Shown here piece after piece: positions 45,767-62,387 of a DNA stretch of 64,000 nucleotides. The DNA is from the human T2T-CHM13v2.0 reference genome, Homo sapiens, in the NCBI RefSeq assembly GCF_009914755.1, contig NC_060940.1, one strand, 5' to 3'. The position numbers were made by a program, and so were the translations under genes. Below the pieces are notes generated by a model that did not search any database, was not told the DNA's origin, and worked only from the letters and a program-made list of their open reading frames with translations. Within the stretch, counting starts at the first letter, position 1, and each line of letters begins with the position of its first letter.

Positions 45767-46080
45767 ATGGATGAAACTGAAAACCATCATTCTCAGCAAA
45801 CTATTGCAAGGACAAAAAACCAAACACCGCATGTTCTCACTCATAGGTGGGAATTGAACAATGAGAACACATGGACACAGGGAGGGGAACATCACACTCT
45901 GGGGACTGTTGTGGGGTGGGGGTAGGGGGAGGGATAGCATTAGGAGATATACCTAATGCTTAATGATGAGTTAATGGGTGCAGCACACCAACATGGCACA
46001 TGTATACATATGTAACAAACCTGCACATTGTGCACATGTACCCTAAAAGTTAAAGTATAATAATAATAAAATTTTTAAAA
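45767..46080 (+). mobile_element. L1PA3/PA4-like 3'-end-only insertion
   Basis: End of ORF2, 3'UTR and tail; candidate TSD aaagatg(g/a)at (45763-45772 / 46081-46090). Confidence 0.93.
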
Positions 46081-46284
46081 AAAGATGAATAACAACACAT
46101 TGTTCTTATTCATGAGAACTTCAGAATATGTACAGGGACAGGGTTAGATGAGATTTCATATGATGACTTAAAGTATTCCTATAAATATTAAAATAAAGAT
46201 AGGTATAGATTTATTTAGGGGCAAGCAATCTTATCCTTTGATCATGTAGGAAAGGCCATGTTATTTTTCAGAACTCTGCAATAG

Positions 46285-46490
46285 TTCACAAGTTTACTCA
46301 GGGTTAAAGCCAAAACCCTCACAGTAGCCTACAAGGCCTTACAGAAGCTTTTGTGTCATATAGTTTTATGACTCCCATCTCCTACTCTTTCCTTCTGCTC
46401 ACTCTAAATCAACTCTTTGGGCTCTCAAATATGGCACACATGCTCCTGACTTAGGCTCTTTGTACCAGCTTGCTTCTCCACCTAGACATC
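46285..46490 (+). mobile_element. L2 fragment
   Basis: actcagggttaaagccaaaaccctcacagtagcctacaaggcctta..catgctcctgacttaggctctttg. Confidence 0.65.
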
Positions 46491-46690
46491 AAATTGGAGA
46501 GTTAAGCTTATATTTCAGGCAATTTTTTAAATTTTAAGCAGAATAAGTCATATTACATTCATCTTTGAGTAATAGCCCTTGTAACATGGGTGGACTGATG
46601 GATGAGCCTTGAAGATAGTGATACTTTGAACTATTAGTGCTGGTGAAGATGAAGTGAAGAAGATGAAGAGAAATTGATACAATTAAATAA

Positions 46691-48659
<1,969 letters not shown>

Positions 48660-49967
48660 TAAACAACAAATCTGTTGCAGATTTAAAAAATTTAGCAATT
48701 GAATACAGGAAGCAGATGAAATAAATGAGTTGAGAAATCAGAGGTTTTCTTGGCTAAAAAGATTGGGTATCCATTAATAAGATTAGATAATATAAAGACC
48801 ATAAAGTGGGGAGCAGTAGATAATGAGTTTAGTGTTACAAGTTGAGTAAATAAGGCAGGGGAATTGAAGAAGGCAATTGAAACTAAAATTTGGAAGCTTG
48901 GGGAAAGGAGAATTTGAAGAGACTATTAAGATTAATCAGGAGGTATCTCTGAAGAGTAATAAACTTTTATGAATAGACAACACATAAGTACCATGTCAGG
49001 TCTATATATAAAGGGTCATGGAAGATCAGAGAGTGAAATGTATAATACTAGTTGAAGAAATGACTGCACAGACAGGGTTTTGGAGCCTTATAAAAGAGAG
49101 AAATTTTATTCAAAAGGCCTTTTACAAAAATATAATTATGCATGCAAATATTACATCATAACTTGGAAGCAGTTTGCTGTATCTAATACACAGGATTATG
49201 TGTTTGGGGATAATCATTAAGACAGGAAAGTTAGACTTAATAAAACCACTACAAAACCTGGCTGCTGTCCTAAAACCTAAATTGATGTGGTAGGTAAGGG
49301 AAAGAAAAGAAATTAAGATAATTACAGAGTGATTCAACTATTGGGTAGCCATTCTATTTATTAATGTCAGAAAACCAGAAATAAATTCAAGTCTAAACTC
49401 AAGTTTGGGTTGGGCAGATATCGAGAGTTTTTAACGAGCAGTTCCCACTAGCTGATATGAACACAGGCAAGTCATAGGAATTGTGTAACATTAAATTTAG
49501 GTATTTGGACTTACAGCATGCATATCGTAAATAGACAGCTGGTATACCTTTACCAATAAGACACTAGCACTGTAACTTTTCATTTTAATGTAATTCATTG
49601 AAATTTAGCCAAATTTAGCTAAAAATAAGCCAAAATTCGTATAGGTTACTTTGGCTCACACAGTACTTTTTTTTTTTTTTTTTTTTTAATGATGAGGATA
49701 GTTTACATTACCAGCTGCCAAATCAATTCACTACACTTTGAATGTTTCTTAAAACATTTCCATCAAGCTCTGATGGAGATGAAGCAGTTTGAAGGCATCA
49801 GGAAGCAAACTAAGATAGGGGAAAAAGAGCGCATTGAGACAAACCCAATATTTTCCACTACTAATATGTATTCTTTTTCTGTCTTAGAACATTTCTTATC
49901 AAGGTAAGACATGGAAATAGAAAATTCTGGCTTACAGTTTGTACTATTCTACCCAGGCTGGGAAAAC

Positions 49968-49999
<32 letters not shown>

Positions 50000-51963
50000 G
50001 AAAACCAGGAATTTGGGACTTGCAAGGCTTTTACACACTGAGGAGTAAAGATCCCTGGGGGGCGGGTTGTGGGGAAGAACCATAGAAAAGTCAACCTGTC
50101 ATTTTGCTTTGTTTGCTCACAAGGCACATGCCAACATATAAATTTCCAGGAATAAAAGGTTAAATATTCTGCAAAAGTCTGATGCTTAGAGGTTAAAAAG
50201 CCTGGCAGAGCATTAATAACCTTGCAGTGTTGAGGAAGAAAAACAACTGAAGCCTAGGAACCATGGTAAGTATATAAAGCTTTGAGTTTAAGTCCTAGGA
50301 GGGCTCAGCTCTAGGAGTAGTGCAAACAAGAAGTAGACCAGCCTAAAATTCAGCTTCAGATTAACTCAAATATTAAATGCATGAAGCTAAACATGCTACT
50401 TTCCAATAGTTCACTATACAAAAGTTAAATCATCTCTGGAAGAAAATAGTATCATTTACACTTTCTGGGTTGTTTTTTTTTCCACATACATTAAAGCGTT
50501 TAATAAAAAATTACCTGGCTGACTTAGGCTTCTTTTTAGGATGTAGAAAGCCATAGGAGAATCTGCATCTACTTTAGTGATGAGAATTGCTAGATAATCT
50601 ACAAAATCATGATTATAAATCTCAGTAGAGAGCTGAGAATGTAAAGAAATCTAATGAACTAAAATTGATAGAGTGTTGAGCCCATCCTAAGGCAGAACTC
50701 ATGGCTACTGTCACCCTTGGTGGAGCAGTGAGAATGGAGAAAATCGCCATAGATGTGGGTAAGAAAAAACTTAATAGGAAAACAGCTTAACGTTTAAGGA
50801 ATTTTCAAAGTTCAAGGGTGAACTGACATGGCAATTTCAAATCCCTGGGAGCCATAGATGGAAAAGAAGATCTGTTTACATTTGTCAACTCTTTTCACCA
50901 AATGCTTTTGAGAAAAAATAGGAGTAGGAAAGATACTTGATGTCAGGCCTAGGGTGCATTGAGGGTTTCTTGAAGACTGTTCTGCTGCCGTAATTCTACT
51001 CTAATACTGTGCTTCACTGGGTGTTCCTTTTTGCTCTTCTGACACTTTACAGTCCAAGAACCATCTGTTTCCTTGGTAGTGTTAAGGCCTAGGGTTTCTT
51101 TTATTCTACTTGCTCAACCATTATTCATCAGCAAGCACTGAGATGATAGCAGTGCCTAAGACGAAACATTTAGACACTCAGAATCCAAGCCCCGATAAAG
51201 GAAGGCTTATGATTTCACCTTCAAATTATTTGAAAATTATAGTGAACTGACCCTAAATAATGCAAAACAGAACACAAACACAGATCCGCAGATTGGCCAG
51301 TCCTCCACACCAGCAGCCTGACAGATGGGGTGTGCCCTTTTCTGGATATAAATGTTTTTACAAACTGAGCTGTTCTTTTACCAAAATATTCACCATTCAT
51401 CAAAAGCCACTAGACACGGGACCTCCAACTTTAGCCAGGATCAGGTAATGAAGGCTGTTTATTTCTAAGAAGAAAGCAAGATGATTCCTACAATTGCTCA
51501 AGCTTACTACATGTAGAATGTTTACAGACCACAGTGAAGGAAGGAAGAATTCAGAAAGCACCGGCCAGGTGATTACAGTTTGCAGGGCAGAGTACCAAAG
51601 AGGAGAGAGCTGCACAGAGATGGAGCTCCAGAAATCTGCAGAGGGCCCCTTCCTTATTCAGTTGAGTGCTGATCAGTACACAAATGTGAGGAAACTAATG
51701 ACAGCTGCTGTAAAACCATTCAAACCCAGAGATTTCTTGCAACCAGAAATAAAGCCTAGCACCACCAGCTAGGAGAAAATCTTATAAGATACAGGACATT
51801 GAGTGGAGTACAGCTAAGAGTCTTGCCTCAGAAGTGTGTGACAACTAACTTTAGAACAAAAACAATCTTCACCTAGAAAAAGCTTAAAAACAAAACCCAA
51901 AGGATTACACAGTTTATAAGTAACTCAACCACATCCAAGGATGTTTATAGCAATACAAAAATA

Positions 51964-53190
51964 CCTAAGAAGTCTTGATTAAATGATCACTTGACTCAGA
52001 ATACGTCAATGAATTTTGCTCACATTACCACGAAGCATATTATCAGTAAATTATTAACTGACTGACTTTATGTAATACGATGTACTTTGTGTTGAATTCA
52101 CTAAAGTCCTTCCATTTATATACCATGATGTTTTTTAACTTTTATTTTAAGTTCGGGGTACATGGGCAGGTTTGTTATATAGGTAAACTCATGTCATGAG
52201 GGTCTGTTGTGTAAATGATTTCATCACCCAAGTACTAAGCCTAGTAACCCATTAGTTATTTTTTCTGATCCTCTCCCTCCTTCCACCTCCACCCTCAAGT
52301 AGATCCCATTGTCTCTTGTTCCCCTCTATGTGTCCACGTGTTCTCATCATTTAGCTCCCATTTATGAGAACATGTATTTGCCACTATTTTTTAATGGCAT
52401 GCTGAAGGCTTTAACATTTTGTGAGTCTTAAATTTGACTCTTAAATGGCAAAATAATGTTCATATGTAGAAGGTTAAATTTCATCTATAACACAAGTGGT
52501 GCTGATGTCCAACATTTTAAGTAAAAATATTTACACTCTCTCACTCTTTTTTTTTTTTTCAAACTTTTAACATCAGAACTTTTTTCTTGGGGAAAAAATA
52601 GGGCTTGACTTTGTATACAAATTTTAACTGTAAAATACAGTCTTACCTTATATGCACGTATAAAATCAAAGCTGCTAGTGCTTTTTACTTTAGTTATCCT
52701 GTTAAAAGTATATGTCAACGATGTTTTCAACTGGATCTCGGTCATTTAAATTATGCTTGAAATAATTGATTACTAGACATATGATAAAACCAATAGATCT
52801 TGATTATACAATAAAATATCAATTCATTGGTAGTCTGAATCAATTATTTCAAATGTACCTTATTAATAAAAATATCAGTAGATCCAACATAGAATTGTAT
52901 AGTACTAAATGTAAAGTCTAGCTATGAATTTTTTTCTGCATCTTAGGTAAATTTATAAGTTTCATGAGCTATCAACAAAAAGATTGCACTTTTGTGAACT
53001 ATAAATTTTCTAAGTAAAATTTACATGCTAGAACATGATTTTTACATGAATGATGCTTTGTTGAAACTATAAAATGTCAGTATTGTACCACAATTTTATT
53101 ATAAAATGAACATTATTACTAAAGAAAATTTGATCTTAAACATCAAAGTTTTATATTATTTTTCACAAGTAAAGATAGACTTGGTTAAGG
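51964..53190 (-). mobile_element. piggyBac-type (Looper-like) DNA transposon fossil
   Basis: Interrupts otherwise continuous L1M sequence. Right end gacttggttaaggg|ctaa. Minus strand gives broken CVIDEI..IILPFKSQ and YKWKD, resembling piggyBac transposase motifs. Confidence 0.5.
52131..52378 (-). mobile_element. L1PA13-16-type 3' end
   Basis: ttttaacttttattttaagttcggggtacatg..ggtaaactcatgtc..tttctgatcctctccctcc..catttagctccca. Confidence 0.88.
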
Positions 53191-54563
53191 GCTAAAAATA
53201 TCTGTCAATCATCAAACAAGATAAAATTTACAATGCCTAGAATCTAATAAAAGAATCCATGCATGTGAAGAAGCAAGCAAATAAAACACATAATGAGGAA
53301 TAAAATCACCTGGAACTTGCCAACATATGACACAGACAATGGAATTGGTTGACTAAGGCATTGAAACAATTATTAACACTGAATTCTATGTGTTCAAGAA
53401 ACTAGAAAAATAAATGTAATATACAAAATACATACAAAAAGATTGAAATCAGATATTATAAATTAACCTATAATATCTGAAATAAAAAATATGCTGAATG
53501 GGCTTATCAGCAGACTAGACATTGCAAGAGAAAAGATTACTAGAACTGAAGACATGGCAAAAGACTATATTCAAAACAAAAGAAAAATGAAAGTAAAAAA
53601 GAAGATTAGTGAGCTATGAGTTAGTCTAGGTAGTCTAATGTACTTTTAATCCTAGTCTCTGAAAGAGAAAGAGAACACAAACAAACACTACTTGAGGAAC
53701 CAATGACAAACAACTTTCTAAATTTGATGAAAATTAAAAATTCACAGATACTAGAAGCTCAAAGTCAAAATACATCAAAATCAAGTTGTAGTGATTAAAA
53801 AAAAAGTCTTAAAAGCAGCCAGAGAAAAAGACACATTATGTATAGAGGCAAAAAGGTAAAAAAGGCAAGCTTCTTATTGGAATTAATCCAGGCTAGAAGA
53901 GAACTAGGGATTTTTTTCAATACAGAAAAAAAAAGTGTCTGCCAATCTAGAATGCTTTACCTGGTAGTAATATCTTACAAAAAATTTTTTTTTTAAAAAA
54001 GCAAATAAGGAATTATTCAAAAATAAAAAGGTAAGTATTCATCACTACGGACCTGTACTACAGAAAGAGTTTAAGTAAATCCTAGCAAAATAAAAATTAT
54101 ACCAGATCAAAATCTAAATCTACTACCCAAAGAACAAAAAGCATAGAAAATTGTAACAATGGGGACAAGTATTAAGGTATATTTTCTAATTATTTAAATT
54201 TCTTTAAATATAATTGTTAAAAACTAAAAACAATATGTAGAAGAGTTTATGACATTTGTAGAAGTAAGATGTATGACATCAACAGCACAAAGCCCTTGAG
54301 CAGGGAACAGGAGTACACTCTTGTAAGTGTCTTCTACAATAGCTAAAGTGATACAATATCACTTAAAAATAGACTGCCATGAGTAAAGGTGTATATTATA
54401 AACCTCACAGCTTCACTAAAATAACTCAATAAAGAGGCATAGCTAATAAGCCAAAAAAGGACATGAAATGGAGTGTTTAATCTAGAATCAAAAGAGATCA
54501 AAAACAAATTAGGAGAAAAAAGAAGATAGTAGATTTAAAACCAAACATCCTAATAATCATTTT

Positions 54564-54880
54564 AGCTGGGCACAGTGTTCATGCTTATAATTCTAGCGCT
54601 TTGGGAGGACTGGGTGGAAGGATTATTTGAAGCCAGGAGCCTGGGCAAAAAAAGGCAAGACCACATCTCTATAAAAAATAAAAATAAAAATAAAAATAAA
54701 AATTAGAGGCTGTGGCATGAGCCTGTAGTACCAGCTAGTTGGCAGGTTGAGGCAGGAAGATCATTTGAGCCCAGATGTTCAGAGGCTGCAGAGAGCTATG
54801 ATTGCACCACTGCACTCCAGTCTGGGCAACAGAGTGAGACCTCATCTCTAAAAAGTAAACAAGTAAATAAATAAATAAAA
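54564..54880 (+). mobile_element. AluJ
   Basis: Diverged dimer, (TAAAA)n linker, gagctatgattgcaccactgcactccag. Confidence 0.9.
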
Positions 54881-55008
54881 TAACTACTTTAAATATAAGT
54901 GGTCTAAAAATTCCAGTTTATAGGTAGAAATTATCAGATTTGATTACCGAAATAAAAGCAAGACTTACTACATGTTTTCTATATTCCTTCCTTCAAAATA
55001 TTCATTTA

Positions 55009-55318
<310 letters not shown>

Positions 55319-55805
55319 TATATATACACACACACACACACATATATATATAGACAAAGGTTAAAAGTAGAAGAATGAAAAAAGAGATACTATGCTAGTG
55401 TTTATTAAGACAAGGCTAAAAGTGGTCATATTGTCAGAGGAAATACATTCTTAGAGCAGAGAATATTACCAGAAATAAATAGGTCCATTTCATTATCTAT
55501 TTATCTACCTACTTACCCAACAATCAATCTATATATTTTTCTATCAGTCAATCTACTCCTTTAACTCAATTAGAAAAAAATTAGACAATCCAATAAAAAA
55601 GACAAAATATCAGGCACCTTATCTAAGAGGATATCTAACATCATTAGTCAGTAGAGAAATGTGAATTAAAACCATACAGAGGTGCATTATACACTTACCA
55701 GATGACCAGAATAGAAGCAAACAAATAAACGAAACCTACATTCTAATTGCTGCCAAAGATTAGGAGGAATTTTTCGTATAATTTGAGGGGGAATATAAAA
55801 TAGTA

Positions 55806-56129
55806 CAGTTATGTATTGCTTAATGATGAGGATACATTCTGAGAAATGTGGTGTTAGGCAATTTGATCATGCAAACATCACAGAATATATTTACACAAAC
55901 CTAGATGGTGTAGTCTACTACACACCTAGGCTATATGGTATAGCCTATTTATTGCTCCTAGGCTAAAAACCAGTACAACATGTTACTGTACTGAATATTA
56001 CAGGCAATTGTAACACAATGATAAGAATGTGTACCTAAACATTAAAAAGGTAGAGTAAAAATATGGTATTATAATCTTATGGGACCAACGCTGTATATGA
56101 TCTAAAGCTCATTATGCAGTTTATGACCA
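55806..56129. mobile_element. Tigger3a/MER7-like TcMar-Tigger MITE
   Basis: ta|cagttatgtattgcttaatgatgaggatacattctgagaaatg..cacacctaggctatatggtatagcctat..ttatgcagtttatgacca. Confidence 0.85.
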
Positions 56130-56465
56130 TCCAATCACTTTGGAACACATACATACTATTTATATTAGCCCATTCTCACACTCCTATAAAGACATAACTG
56201 ACACTGGGCAATTTATGAAGAAAAGAAGTTTAATAAACTCACAGTTTCTTAGGCTGTACAGGCTTCTGCTTTTGGGGAAACCTCAGGAAATTTACAATCA
56301 TGACTGATGGGTGAAGGGGAAACAAGTGCATCTTACATGGCAGGCAGGAGGAAGAGGGAGTGAAGGGGAAAGTGTGACTGTGACACACTTTCAAACTACC
56401 GGATCTCATGAGAGAACTCACTATCCCGAGAACAGCAAGGGGGAAATCTGCTCCCATGATCCAGT

Positions 56466-57563
56466 TGAAATGGGAAAAGTTCCTCTGTCCCCCTCACAGG
56501 GTGTATGACAGGCGGAGTGGCTTGCTTCTTCAGTGCCCTGCTGCTCAGACCTCTAGGGGAGCATACAGACAGGCAGGTTGTGGGGCTCCAACCCCATGGC
56601 AACGTCTAGGGGTGGATGTTGACAGTGCCTGAAGCCCCAGTGGGTGTGCGTTACAGGGTGCTCTTTCACTTTTCCTGTCTATAGGTGGCTTGTGTTAACC
56701 AGCTCAGTTAGTCCCTCTACCCTGTCACAAGGACAGAGGGCTTTCTGTATCTTGGGTTCTTGCCTTGGTGTACTGGAAGAATCAGATCACACCTGGTCTT
56801 GGAGAATGAGTGCAAGGTTTTATTGAGTTGAGCTAGCTCTTAGCAGATAGGGGAAGCCAGATGGGGATGGAGTGGGAAGGTTTTCCCCTGGAGTCAGGTT
56901 GCTGAGTCACCTGGGCTCTCTTCTGACTGCCCCTGCCAAACTCCACATTGTTCTGCTGGTGGATTGCCTGCCGGCTTGCAGTGCCTGTTGGTGCATTCCT
57001 CTCAACGTTCAGCTGCCTCTGTGTTCTTCGGCTGATGTGCTCCTCTTGACATCCAGCTGCCTATGTATCTGCCTGCTAGGGTGTCATGGGTTTTATTTAT
57101 TTATTTATTTATTATTATTATACTTTAAGTTTTAGGGTACATGTGCACAATGTGCAGGTTAGTTACATATGTATACATGTGCCATGCTGGTGCGCTGCAC
57201 CCACTAACTTGTCATCTAGCATTAGGTATATCTCCCAATGCTATCCCTCCCCCCTCCCCCCACCCCACAGCTGTCCCAGAGTGTGATGTTCCCCTTCCTG
57301 TGTCCATGTGTTCTCATTGTTCAATTCCCACCTATGAGTGAGTCAGGGGTTTTTATAGGCACAGGATGGGGGCGTGGCAGGCCAGGATGGTCTTGGGAAA
57401 CGCAACATCTGGGCAGGAAATGCCTGTCCTCACCTAGGTCCCTGCAGGTGGAGCCCTAGCCAGGGACCATGCCCTCCTCTACCCAGCACTTCCCTTAACC
57501 CTGCTCCCCAACCCCTATCATTTAAAGGGACCATGCCCTTCCCTTCGCAGCACTTCCATATCA
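56466..57563 (-). mobile_element. ERV1 solo LTR (LTR28/LTR1-group-like; exact family uncertain)
   Basis: TG...CA termini. 4-bp TSD cagt (56462-56465 / 57564-57567). Minus-strand AATAAA (tttatt at ~56819). Confidence 0.8.
57095..57341 (-). mobile_element. Young L1PA2/PA3-like 3' end inserted in the ERV1 LTR
   Basis: gctggtgcgctgcacccactaac..atctagcattaggtatatctcccaatgc. TSD gtca(t/g)gggtttt (57083-57094 / 57342-57353). Confidence 0.93.
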
Positions 57564-60500
57564 CAGTCACCTCCCACCAGGTCCCTCTCCCAACATTGGG
57601 GATTACAATTCAACATGTGATTTGGGTGGTGACACAGAGTCAAACCATATCATACTTCAAACAGGCATTTCTACTTTGAGGTTATGACCGACAAAAAGGT
57701 AATCAAATATGTGTCAAATATATTCATATCAGGTAGTTCGTAATAATCCAAACTGGAAATGTATTCAAATACATACCTACTGTATGACTCCCTTAGTATA
57801 CATTTTAAAACAGACAAAATTAATCTGTGTTGTGATAGGTCATAGTTGTGGTTTCCTTTAAAGGGTATAATGACTGTGATACAGGAAGCTTTTAAGATGC
57901 TAGTCAAGTTCAAATTTGATCTGTGTTGTAATTAAACAAGTATATTCACTTTTCAAAAATTAATTGACTTGATCCATTTATGAGTTGCATATTTTCTGCA
58001 TGTATGTTTTATTTCACTAAAATCTATATTTAAAAATAAATGATCTAAACAATATTCAAAATCAAACTTTTCTAGGAAAAAGTCCTTCAACATTTTTATT
58101 GAACTTTTTTATTCTAACTTTTGATAGAACAATTATTTTCATACAAAAAACTGTAAGGGACATATACATTTAAGACACAGAGACGTATTTGCCACTTTGT
58201 TCCTGAAAAATAAAATATTTTAAAATGTAGTTTCTATGGTCCTGAAAGAAACACAATGGTCATTTTTTTTTAAAATAAAAAGCATTGGCACTTTGATATA
58301 GAAATTAAATATGAAAAAATAATAAAGACAATTTAGTGTCATAAGGAAAAAGCTACATCATTGTAAAATGTAAATAACATAATACATATTTAATCACAAA
58401 AACTATTCAGTCTTCCCTCCTTCCATTAAACACTTTAATTTCAAAGTGAATAACACACTCCCACTGAAAGAATCATTTTGCATTTATATGCTTGTGTTTT
58501 TTCTCTTATTAACTATTGCATGGAATGGGTCAAAATGGTTTCTAGTCTTTAATTTTGCACAAATTATTTTGGGAATTACCAGAGTTTACAATGCATACCA
58601 ACGTTAAAAAAGACAGAGAAGAAGAATGTTGTTAAATGTTTCATGATTGGTACTTCCAGTTCTGCTTGGGTGTAAATACAAATGACGCCCTATCTCTGAT
58701 TATGGACTATGAGTCTTACACACTTGAATAGGCTTGGCTTCTTCCTGTTAACTTCTGACCTGTGTGAAATCCCATAAATGTCACATCTGCCACAGCCCCT
58801 TTCCCATCTTGCATGCTTTCAGTGGACCCAAATGTTCATCATTATCAAATGAGAAAATGTATATGGAAGTGTTTTAAAAATTATAAACCACTAAAGAGGT
58901 AGGTAAGAGGACCTTGGTTTCTGACTTAGCAAATTAGGACTTTCAGGAACTCTTGGAGAAAGGAATGATGTTTATTGGAAGACAAAGGCTTACTTCACAA
59001 ATAATTCTCAGAGACGAGGTGGGACTGAGCCATTTCAGGGGCTGAAGGATGTGAGGACGGGTTACTTTGTAACACTCACATTTTCTCTGGAGACTGTGCA
59101 AATTTGGGTATAGAGGAGGAAACCCTAAGAAAAGAAGTGGCTTTCTCTTACAGATATGGGCAAGAAGTTTTAGAAGTTTAGGGGATGAATAGTAATAAAC
59201 CTGGGTCAATGGTGTCAGTTCTCTGGGTTTTTGCTTAAAGACAACGCCAAGAAATGTTGTGATAAAATTATTAGAAAATTACCTAAGCTTTACTGGACTC
59301 TGAACCCAGAAAATGAATAGCCTTGATTTTTCTCAAAATAGGATCATTCTATGTAATCGACTTCCCTAAATGTAAACCTTTCCCTTTCCTCCCGATGACA
59401 TGCTCCCCACCCACAATAAATAGAGATATTAACACTCAGGAAGAAAGATGATCCGGCAATTAAAGCATTTAGATATCATTAGGTGCTCAATCTGTTTCTT
59501 CCTGTTATTGAGAAATTCCTATCTCGGTGGACGAAATATCCAAAAACAATCACTGCAAAAAAGAACTTTAAGTAAAATCAGATATAAGAAACTAAAATGT
59601 TGAGAAGCACTGAAGCTTCATGAATAATTCTTGAATACCATGGTGTGAATGCTGCCTTGCTCAACTCAGTCTTTCAAGACGTTAGTTTCATGTTTTATTT
59701 AAGCTCAACATAAATGTTAACGTGGTCCTCATCAGATTCCTTTTATCTAACTCTGAAGACTGATGTGTTGATGTTGTAATATGGAAAGAGGGCCTTGGGG
59801 ATGGATTTTAAATACCCATCCAGGTATTCTGTAAGGAGTCACAAATGAATTCCTTTTCCAGGAACTGAGTTGTAAATTTGTTTGTCTCTGTGCACCACCT
59901 CAGCATACACATCTGCTGATCACTGTTAATTAGTCTCCTATTGTCCAATTTGTAATCTAGATATGTTTTATGGAGATGTAACTGGTGAAGCATCGTTGCG
60001 TGTAATCTTTCTCTGAAAAGATTCTGTTGAGCAAGTGACCAATAAAGTGTATGCAATGCAAACATTAATCAAAGAGAATGTCATTAAAGCTTACTATAGC
60101 AGTCTTCATTAAGAAAGAAAACTAATCTAACTACTATTATCCTATCTTCCTTATGAATTGTTACTATTATGATGATTTTATGATTTTACTAGTCAATAGC
60201 CCTCATGGAATATTTGGGTTACTTACAAATTTAGTTTTGGACTTCAAGTCACCTGTAAATCAATTAGTTTTGTTTCTTAGCAGAAAATCTGCTTTGAGCT
60301 ACAGTGTTCTGTTTGGTAATTAGTATTCCTGGTTATTCTGAACAGTGTATTGACATTGGATTTGAACATTAGGGAAAGAAACAAAGGATATATTTTCATG
60401 GTGTATATATTTGGATCGTTCCTACTAAAACATTACTTCATTAGTGTCAAGAGTTACTTAATGGGCACCTGATACAAGCCTTAGTAACTTTTATGTGTTG

Positions 60501-60869
60501 CTTAAATAAAAAAGTAAATCATGAAACTAACATACAGATAGACTTCACATTTAGCAATGCACCAGTCATGCTAATTGTCCTTAAGGATGATGCTTCTAAG
60601 ATCTCCTGCAGTTTAAGTTCACAGCTTATCATTTATATATTAAGAAAGTGGTTCACAGGGGTTCTGGCCAGTTCTTCCCAGAATACAGTTTACTAGGTTG
60701 CACAGACAGGATGTTTGTAAAGTAAATGGGCATCCGCTGAGGTGAAACTCTTTATTCGTGGTTGGTAAAGGAATGTTTCTCTAGGCCAAAGGCCAACAGT
60801 ATTAACAATATATTGTACTACACAGAACCTAGCCAGAATACATTATTTAATAATTTTGTGAAAAAGAAA

Positions 60870-62106
60870 TTGGTCTTGGCACTTTAGATTTTTAGACCTC
60901 AAAAGCACAAATGTCTAAAACAAAGGTAGACAAATGGGACTATATTAAACTAAAAAACTTTTGTACAGCAAAGGGAACAATCAGCAGAGTGGAGAGACAA
61001 TCTGTTACATGGGAGAAACTATCTGCAAACCATTCATCTGGTAAGGGACTAATATATAGAATGTATAAGAAAATCACACAACTTAATGATACAAATACAC
61101 AATTCCATTAAAAAGTAAGCACAGGACATGAATAGACAATTCTCAAAAGAACAAATACAAATGGCTAACAAACACGTGAAAATAAATGCTCGACATCACT
61201 AACCATCAAACAAATGAAAATCAAAGCCACAATGAGATACCATCTTACTCCATTTAGAATGGCCATTATGAAAAAGACGAAAAAATAACAGATGCTGTCA
61301 AGGATGTGGAGAACAGGAAACTCATACACTTATAGTGGGAATGTAAATTAGTACAACCACTATGGAAAACAGTATGGAGATTTCTCAAAAAACTAAAAGC
61401 AGAACTTCAGTATGATCCAGCAATCTCACTACTGTGTTTTCCAAAGGAAAATAAATCAGTAATCAAAGGGGTACGTGCACTTGCAATGTTTATTGCAGCA
61501 ATATTCACAATAGCAAAGATACAGAATCAATCTAAGTGTCCATCAACAGACAAATGGATAGAGAAAATGTGGTATGTATATATACGCACAATGAAACACT
61601 ATTTGGTCATAGAAAAATAATGAAATCATGTCATTTGCAGCAGCATGGGTAGAACTGGAGGTCATTACGTTAAGTGAAATAAGCCAGGCACAGAAATACA
61701 AATATCACATGTTCTTACTCATATGTGGGAGCTAAAAACCTTGATCTCATAGAGATGAAGAATAGAATGATATATACTATAGGCTGAGAAGGGTGTGAAG
61801 GTGGGAGGAAAAATTAAAGGGATGTTGGAGAATAGTTACAAACTTACAGTTAGATAGAAGAAATAAGTTACAATTTTCTACATCAGAGTAGGATGACTAT
61901 AGCTAGGAACAATAGTTGTATGTTTCAAAGTAGCAACAAGAGAGGCCTTAAAATGTTACCAACACATAGAAATAAGTTACTCAGGTGATGGATACCTCAA
62001 ACACCCTGACTTGATCATTATGCATTCTATGCATGTAAAAAAATACTCAAAGTTACCCCATAAACGTGTAAAATATTAAGTGTTAACAAAAGAAATGAAA
62101 AAAGAA
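60870..62106 (+). mobile_element. 5'-truncated L1MA4/MA5-like LINE-1
   Basis: KTKVDKWDYIKLKNFCTAKGTI (60911-61111); L1MA-type 3'UTR caccctgacttgatcattatgcattctatgcatgtaa. Confidence 0.9.
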
Positions 62107-62387
62107 AGCCAGATGCAGTGGCTCATGCCTGTAATCCCAGCACTTTGTAAGGCTGGGGTGAGAAGATTGCTTGAGCCCAGGAGTTTAAGACTAGACCAGG
62201 CAACAAACCAAGAACCGATATCTACCAAAAATTTAAAAATTAGCCGGGCGTGGTGGCATGCATTGCACTTGTAGTTACAGCCACTTGGGAGGCTGAAGTG
62301 GAAGGATCTTTGGAGCCAGGAGTTCAAGTTTGCAGGGAGTTATGCCACTGCACTCCAGCCTGTCTCAAAAAAAGAAAAAGAAAAAAC
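62107..62387 (+). mobile_element. AluJ in the L1MA tail
   Basis: Diverged dimer with ttgagcccaggagtt; small deletions in the right arm. Confidence 0.9.

Larger units (their letters stand above)
56161..57652 (-). mobile_element. MSTA-like MaLR LTR split into 56161-56465 and 57568-57652
   Basis: tatattagcccattctcacact..ccatgatccagt | cacctcccaccaggtccc..caaaccatatca; the halves join across the insert. Confidence 0.88.
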
